Source: Synergistaceae bacterium
Lineage (GTDB): Bacteria > Synergistota > Synergistia > Synergistales > Synergistaceae
Direction of reading: 5' to 3'
Assembly (NCBI GenBank): GCA_036652335.1
Contig: JAVVWB010000004.1
Span: 1-64,000, forward strand
Length of the DNA: 64,000 nucleotides
The translations under genes were made by a program, and so were the position numbers. Positions within the stretch are counted from its first letter, which is position 1. Each line of letters opens with the position of its first letter. Below are positions 58,338-64,000 of the stretch, piece after piece. Under the pieces are notes generated by a model that ran no database searches, had not been told where the DNA came from, and was given only the letters and a program-made list of their open reading frames with translations.

Positions 58338-58910
58338 TTAATTTTTTTCAAAAAAAGATTTTAAAGCAGTTTTATAAATTCTGTGTTCTGTCTTATGAAT
58401 ACGAGCTTCTAATGTTTCTATCGTGTCAGAAGGGCATCTTTCTACCTTTTCTTGAGCAAGAATAGGTCCGTGATCTACTTCTTCATCAACGATATGAACA
58501 GTTACGCCTGTGGTTGTTACTCCAGCATCCCACGCATCTTGTATAGCATGTGCACCTGGAAAGGAGGGGAGTAGTGCTGGATGAATATTAATTATTTTAC
58601 CTTTAAATTTTCTTACGAAAGTAGGTGATAATATTCTCATAAATCCAGCTAAAACTATCCAATCGGTTGAAGTTTCAGATATTGCTTCCGTAATTTTTTC
58701 TTCTGCCAATTCTTTACCAAAGTCTTTATAGCTAAATAACTTTGTGTCTATTCCATATGATTGCGCAGTTGCTATACCTTTTGCAGATATTCTGTCACTT
58801 CCGACAAAAGTAACTTCGGCTTGTAATTCGTTATCAATACAGGCCTCTACCAACTTTTCCATGTTAGAACCGGTACCTGATATTAGTATTGCAATACGCG
58901 GTTTTTTCAT
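58338..58910 (-). CDS. purN: phosphoribosylglycinamide formyltransferase
   Basis: IAILISGTGSN and the HPALLP region. Confidence 0.9.
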   Translation of the reverse strand: MKKPRIAILISGTGSNMEKLVEACIDNELQAEVTFVGSDRISAKGIATAQSYGIDTKLFSYKDFGKELAEEKITEAISETSTDWIVLAGFMRILSPTFVRKFKGKIINIHPALLPSFPGAHAIQDAWDAGVTTTGVTVHIVDEEVDHGPILAQEKVERCPSDTIETLEARIHKTEHRIYKTALKSFFEKN

Positions 58911-59923
58911 TTTTTTACTACCTTACCAATTACTACAGGGGTTTCACCTATTTTTGAAAGGGCTTCTTTTATGTCATTAAGGTCATTCTTATTTATTATT
59001 ATTGTGTATCCTATACCTAGGTTAAAGACCTTTCTCATTTCTTCCTCTTCAATTCCTGCAGTCTGAATTAGATCGAAAATTTTAGGTCTTTTCCATGAGT
59101 TAAAGTCGATATCTATATCTAAGTTGCTAGGTATAATTCTAATAACGTTACCGTACATTCCGCCACCTGTTACATGTGCCATACCATGAACTTTTGATGT
59201 TTTAACTGCTGCTAATGCCGCTTTAACATATAATTTTGTTGGCTTCATTACTGCTTCTGCAACGGTCTCGTCCCATCCATCGGGTGTTGAAGTGAGGTCA
59301 ATATTTAAACCATCTTTCCCGAGAGCAGAACGAACTAGGCTGTATCCGTTGCTGTGAACACCAGAGCTACTTAGTCCTAGAATAATGTCTCCTTCAGCTA
59401 TTTCTGAACCGTCAATAATTTTGTCCTCATCAACGATACCTACTGAGAAACCAGCTAAATCAAACCCCTTATCATCGTAGACACCTGGCATTTCTGCTGT
59501 TTCTCCGCCCAATAATGAGCAAAGGCTTTCTTCGCATGCATCTAGAATTCCTTCTACGACATCTTTAAGTAATGATACATTTAGCTTGCCACATGAAGCA
59601 TAATCAAGAAAAAATAGAGGTTTTGCTCCTCCTGTGACGAGGTCATTGACATTCATTGCTACTAGATCTTGCCCAAGACCTCTATATATTCCCGTTTCTT
59701 TTGCTAGCTCAAGCTTTGTGCCGACTCCATCACAGCAAGCAGCGATACATTGCCCTCCACCAATACGATAGAGACCAGCAAATCCGCCAACTCCACCAAC
59801 TGAATTTTTGTCTTTTTGTCTATTCTTAAGAAGGCCTTTTATTGTTTCAACCCAAGCATCTCCACCTGAAATGCTGACACCTGCTTTTTCATAACTCAAT
59901 TTTCCGGTCATTTTATTCACCAT
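58907..59923 (-). CDS. purM: phosphoribosylformylglycinamidine cyclo-ligase (AIR synthetase)
   Basis: YEKAGVSI, GGFAGL and DGVGTK motifs. Confidence 0.9.
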   Translation of the reverse strand: MVNKMTGKLSYEKAGVSISGGDAWVETIKGLLKNRQKDKNSVGGVGGFAGLYRIGGGQCIAACCDGVGTKLELAKETGIYRGLGQDLVAMNVNDLVTGGAKPLFFLDYASCGKLNVSLLKDVVEGILDACEESLCSLLGGETAEMPGVYDDKGFDLAGFSVGIVDEDKIIDGSEIAEGDIILGLSSSGVHSNGYSLVRSALGKDGLNIDLTSTPDGWDETVAEAVMKPTKLYVKAALAAVKTSKVHGMAHVTGGGMYGNVIRIIPSNLDIDIDFNSWKRPKIFDLIQTAGIEEEEMRKVFNLGIGYTIIINKNDLNDIKEALSKIGETPVVIGKVVKK

Positions 59924-61286
59924 CTTTAGTATTTTTTTGAGAGAGGTATTTACCTGTAAAACATGCTGTGCAAAGTTGGTCTTCCGGTATTCCTATTGCT
60001 TGTATCAAGTCTTCTTCCGTAAGGTAATTGAGGGAATCAGCGTTTACTTTCTTGCGTAATTCCTCCAAAGTCATTCTTACAGCTGCTAAACTTTCCTGCT
60101 TTCTAGTGTCTATACCATATTTGCAAGGGTATAAAACAGGGGGGGAAGCGACTCTAAGGTGTACCTCGGAGGCTCCAGATGTTCTTATCATATCAATTAT
60201 GCGTTCTGCAGTTGTACCCCTTACAATAGAGTCATCAACTATTACAGCTTTTTTACCGTTAAACACTTTAGAGATAGGGTTTAATTTAATTTTTACCCCT
60301 AGCTCACGTACTTTTTGTGTTGGTTGTATAAATGTTCTTCCTACGTAACGGTTCCTTACGACAGCAATTTCAAATGGTGTTCCAGATTCTTGTGCGTAGC
60401 CTATTGCAGATATTGTTCCGCTGTCAGGCATACCAGCTACCAAGTCAGCATCCTTACAAGGAGATTTTTCTGCGAGTAGTCTGCCCATTTCTTTTCTTGT
60501 TTCATAAACAGAACGTCCGTCTATAACACTGTCTGGCCTTGCAGTATATACATATTCAAAAGAACACCTCATACATCTTTCACAAGGGGCCTTTTGTCTA
60601 AGTTTAAGAGATCTCATTCCTTTGTGGTCAATAACAAGGATTTCTCCAGGTTCAATATCACGAATGAGTTCTGCACCTACTATATCAAGTGCACATGATT
60701 CAGAAGCAATGTAATATGTCTCATTCCTTTTGCCAACAACAAGTGGTTTAAATCCCCAAAGGTCTCTTGCTGCAACAAGCATACCATCTAAAATAACTGC
60801 TACAGCACATGAGCCTTCAAGCATGCGTAATGAATCAATAAAAGCATCAAGTGGTTGCATAAATGATTTTTGTGCCATTAGGTGCAGAATAGCTTCAGAG
60901 TCAGTGGCAGAGTGAAAAATTGAGCCACGATTTTCTAGGGTTTTTGTAACTTCTTCTAGGTTTGTGACACATCCGTCATGAGATATTGCAACTGGCCCTC
61001 TAGAGTATGTTGCTCCTAGAGGAAGTATGTTTTGTGGTTGAGACGGGTCTACTGGCAGATAACGAACATGCCCAATTGCATAGGACGCTTTCTTTTCTGC
61101 TAATTTTTCTTGCTTAATAGCATTGTGAAGTAGTCCTAATCCATGAGCAGAGGCAACTCTGTTTTTCTCAATCCATGAGATTCCAGCAGATTCCTGCCCT
61201 CTATGCTGAAGAGCATACAGTCCAAGATATACTTCTTCGAGAACTGTTTCTCCTTTTGTATTATAAGCACCAAAGATTCCACTCAT
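59913..61286 (-). CDS. purF: amidophosphoribosyltransferase paralog with substituted N-terminal nucleophile (Cys1->Ser) and Asn->Asp in the glutaminase site
   Basis: MSGIFGAY (the catalytic copy has MCGIFG). VAISHDGCVTN replaces the N-G oxyanion-hole pair of the other copy (VAIAHNGNLTN). PRTase domain intact (VDDSIVRGTT); Fe-S Cys ligands present. Starts 2 codons after the purC stop, in the same frame, with no Shine-Dalgarno. Confidence 0.8.
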   Translation of the reverse strand: MSGIFGAYNTKGETVLEEVYLGLYALQHRGQESAGISWIEKNRVASAHGLGLLHNAIKQEKLAEKKASYAIGHVRYLPVDPSQPQNILPLGATYSRGPVAISHDGCVTNLEEVTKTLENRGSIFHSATDSEAILHLMAQKSFMQPLDAFIDSLRMLEGSCAVAVILDGMLVAARDLWGFKPLVVGKRNETYYIASESCALDIVGAELIRDIEPGEILVIDHKGMRSLKLRQKAPCERCMRCSFEYVYTARPDSVIDGRSVYETRKEMGRLLAEKSPCKDADLVAGMPDSGTISAIGYAQESGTPFEIAVVRNRYVGRTFIQPTQKVRELGVKIKLNPISKVFNGKKAVIVDDSIVRGTTAERIIDMIRTSGASEVHLRVASPPVLYPCKYGIDTRKQESLAAVRMTLEELRKKVNADSLNYLTEEDLIQAIGIPEDQLCTACFTGKYLSQKNTKDGE

Positions 61287-61292
61287 ATGTTG

Positions 61293-62000
61293 TTACTCAG
61301 AGAGTCTCTTCCAAATTTCTTCGTATGCAGCAAGCACATTTCCCAAATCCTTACGGAAACGGTCCTTATCAAGATGGTCTCCTGTTGAACTGTCCCAGAA
61401 TCTGCATGTATCAGGTGATACTTCATCCGCAAGCATTAGATTACCATCTGAATCTTTACCAAATTCAAGCTTAAAGTCTACAAGTGTTACCCCTTTTGCT
61501 TTGAATAGTTCAGTAAGAGCTGAGTTTACACGAAGTGATATGTCTTTTATTTTTGCAATTTCTTCCTCTGTTGCCCATCCAAAAGCTGTTGCATAGTCTT
61601 CAATTACAAGTGGATCACCAAGGTCATCATTTTTGTAACTGAATTCAATAAGAGGGCGATTTAAAACAATTCCTTCTTTGACGCCTATACGCTTACAGAG
61701 TGAACCTGTTGTTATGTTGCGAACAATAACTTCAAGTGGTACTATGCTTACTCTTTTGACTACCTGATGGTTGTCATCTATTTTGCGTACAAAGTGAGAT
61801 TCAATGCCTTTTGATGCTAAATATTCAAATATTTTTGAGCTAATTTTGTTGTTAAGCTGTCCCTTACCACTCATAGTTGCTTTTTTCTCACCGTTAAAGG
61901 CTGTAAAGCTATCTTTGTATTCCACTATAACTAGATTAGGATCTTCTGTTGTGTAAAGTCTTTTTGCTTTTCCTTCGTAAATGAATTCTTTCTTTTCCAT
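61293..62000 (-). CDS. purC: phosphoribosylaminoimidazole-succinocarboxamide synthase
   Basis: EGKAKRLY ... typical SAICAR synthetase sequence. Confidence 0.9.
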   Translation of the reverse strand: MEKKEFIYEGKAKRLYTTEDPNLVIVEYKDSFTAFNGEKKATMSGKGQLNNKISSKIFEYLASKGIESHFVRKIDDNHQVVKRVSIVPLEVIVRNITTGSLCKRIGVKEGIVLNRPLIEFSYKNDDLGDPLVIEDYATAFGWATEEEIAKIKDISLRVNSALTELFKAKGVTLVDFKLEFGKDSDGNLMLADEVSPDTCRFWDSSTGDHLDKDRFRKDLGNVLAAYEEIWKRLSE

Positions 62001-62036
62001 GTTTATTACCTCCAGATTTTTTTGTAAATTATGTAT

Positions 62037-63410
62037 TTAGATATCGTTTATATTTTCAAATTCTTCGTTTTCAAGATAAGTTCCGTCAAAACAAGCGGTG
62101 CAAAGCTGGTCTCTTGGAATGCCTATTGCTTCTGCTAACTCATCGCATGATATGTATGTTAATGTATCGGCTTTGATTTTTTGACATAGTTCTTCTTGAT
62201 TTAGTTTAGTTGCTATTAATTCATCGGAAGTAGGGGTGTTTATTCCGTAGTAACAAGGGTGGGTGACAGGTGGAGAGGCAATTTTAATATGAACTTTTTC
62301 CGCCCCACTTTCCCTTATCATGGAAATAATTCTCTTTGCAGTAGTTCCTCTTACAAGAGAATCATCAACTAGAATGGCTTCCTTACCTTTAAATATATCA
62401 GGTTGAGGATTTAGCTTAATTTTTACTCCTGCTTCACGCACTCTTTGTGTCGGTTGAATAAAGGTTCGTCCAACGTAGCGGTTTCTTACAACTCCAACCT
62501 CAAAGGGTAATTTTGTCTCTTCAGCCATTCCCAAAGCAGCTAATGTTCCACTATCAGGCATGCCTGTGATTATTGTGTTTTCAGATAGTTTTGTGTTTTT
62601 AGAAAGAATTTTCCCAAGTTGTTTTCTTGCATAATATACAGAACTACCATCTATGGTGCTATCTGGTCTTGCAAAGTAAACATATTCAAAAGAACAATGG
62701 CGACACCTTTTAGGGGTGACAGAGATTTTCCTTGATGTAACTTTATCTTTTTCAATTATTAGAATTTCTCCAGGTTCAATGTCTCTTATCAGTTCAGCTC
62801 CTAGCAAGTCAAGAGCACATGATTCTGATGAAACATAATAAGTGTTCTCTTTTTTTCCTAGTACAAGAGGACGAAATCCCCATGGGTCACGGGCAGCGAT
62901 CAATGCCCCGTTGATAATTACAGCAAGACTATAAGCCCCTCGTAATTTTGAAAGTGCAGTTTCAAGTGCATCAATCTGTACTTTTGAAGGTTGATGTGCC
63001 ATTAACTGTAATATTACTTCTGTGTCTGTTGATGTGTGAAAGATTGCACCTTTGTTTTCTAGATAACCTGCCAGACCAATAAAATTTGTTAAATTTCCGT
63101 TATGTGCAATAGCAACAGGCCCTTGAGAATAATTTGCTCCCAAGGGTTGGCTGTTTCTATTTGTATAGTCTCCTGTTGTTGCGTAGCGAACATGGCCTAT
63201 TGCATAATTAGTATAAATTTTAGCTAGTTCATTTTGATTGAGTGCTTCATGAACCAATCCTAAGCCATTTTTTATGTGCAATCTATCTTCGGAAATCCAA
63301 GCGACTCCTGCAGACTCCTGACCTCTATGCTGTAAAGCATAGAGTCCAAGGTATATATCCTCTAGGACATTGTTGCTGTCCTGGCTATATGCACCGAAGA
63401 TTCCGCACAT
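62037..63410 (-). CDS. purF: amidophosphoribosyltransferase (canonical, Cys1 nucleophile)
   Basis: MCGIFGAY, RGQESAG, HNGNLTN and VDDSLVRGTT; Cys ligands for the 4Fe-4S cluster. Confidence 0.9.
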   Translation of the reverse strand: MCGIFGAYSQDSNNVLEDIYLGLYALQHRGQESAGVAWISEDRLHIKNGLGLVHEALNQNELAKIYTNYAIGHVRYATTGDYTNRNSQPLGANYSQGPVAIAHNGNLTNFIGLAGYLENKGAIFHTSTDTEVILQLMAHQPSKVQIDALETALSKLRGAYSLAVIINGALIAARDPWGFRPLVLGKKENTYYVSSESCALDLLGAELIRDIEPGEILIIEKDKVTSRKISVTPKRCRHCSFEYVYFARPDSTIDGSSVYYARKQLGKILSKNTKLSENTIITGMPDSGTLAALGMAEETKLPFEVGVVRNRYVGRTFIQPTQRVREAGVKIKLNPQPDIFKGKEAILVDDSLVRGTTAKRIISMIRESGAEKVHIKIASPPVTHPCYYGINTPTSDELIATKLNQEELCQKIKADTLTYISCDELAEAIGIPRDQLCTACFDGTYLENEEFENINDI

Positions 63411-64000
63411 TTATTTGGTATCCTCTTTAAAAGCAGTATTCAATTCATTTAGAGAAACCGACATAAAGTCATTGATAATCAATTTGTCCGATCCAGCAGC
63501 TCCAATTTTAGTTATTTTAAATGATTGCCATACTTTTTTAAATTCTTCTTCATTCTTAGATGGGACAGCATATATTGCTCGTGCTCCACCTTCTGAGAAC
63601 AACATTGCCTCTGTAGTTGTTTCTGGTTTGATATTGATATCAATACCAATTTGTGAGGATATTGCTTCACTTGCGAGTGCTACGGCTAAGCCGCCACCAG
63701 CAATGGCTCTTACAGAGTTTGCTAGCGATTTTTGTGCTGTAGCTAAGGCGCAGTCTCTAAAAGTTTTCTCTGCTTCAAAATTTGGTTCTACAGTCTTACC
63801 TAATGGTATACCATCTTTTGCTATTTGATAGCGTGAAGCTCCAAGGGAACCATCAACAGAACCTACAAGATATAAGGCGTCTCCGTTCTGAGTTTTCCCT
63901 GACGGAACAAGTTTGTTTCTGTCTACAGCTAATCCGGCTGTTACAACTAGTGGCGTTGGGTAGATGCGTCCGTCAGAAGTTTCGTTGTATAAACTTACAT
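63411..64000 (-). CDS. purL: phosphoribosylformylglycinamidine synthase subunit PurL (C-terminal part; 5' end outside the window)
   Basis: Open minus-strand frame to the window edge, translating ...GRIYPTPLVVTAGLAV...IAGGGLAVALASEAI...MLFSEGGARAIYAV... (PurL C-terminal domain). The stop abuts the purF start. Confidence 0.7.
   Translation of the reverse strand, partial: VSLYNETSDGRIYPTPLVVTAGLAVDRNKLVPSGKTQNGDALYLVGSVDGSLGASRYQIAKDGIPLGKTVEPNFEAEKTFRDCALATAQKSLANSVRAIAGGGLAVALASEAISSQIGIDINIKPETTTEAMLFSEGGARAIYAVPSKNEEEFKKVWQSFKITKIGAAGSDKLIINDFMSVSLNELNTAFKEDTK

Overview
Low-GC (~35%) bacterial chromosomal window with Firmicutes-like gene order. Conserved Bacillus/Clostridium-type blocks are present: rpsB-tsf-pyrH-frr, yicC-remA-gmk-rpoZ-coaBC-priA, yceD-rpmF-fapR-plsX-fabHKDG-acpP-fabF-rnc, coaD-tmcAL, pyrR-pyrBCFE, and a minus-strand purL-purF-purC-purF'-purM-purN-purH-purD-purE operon. 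LPS-transport genes (lptA, lptB) and a beta-barrel-like C-terminus at the window start suggest a diderm Firmicute (for example Negativicutes or Halanaerobiales). The window is mostly core housekeeping. Points worth a second look: (1) a small accessory/defence islet next to a tRNA/SRP-RNA cluster, carrying a standalone HEPN-type Abi (AbiD/AbiF-like) gene and an array of five ACCGTACAAC repeats; (2) a two-gene encapsulin nanocompartment operon (ferritin-like cargo with C-terminal targeting peptide, plus shell protein); (3) an arginine-specific (CGU) T-box leader in front of argG; (4) tandem purF paralogs flanking purC, the downstream copy lacking the catalytic Cys1 and the oxyanion-hole Asn; (5) a PriA orthologue with degenerate ATPase motifs I, III and VI (a likely pseudo-helicase). 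No CRISPR array, integrase, transposase or rRNA was found.
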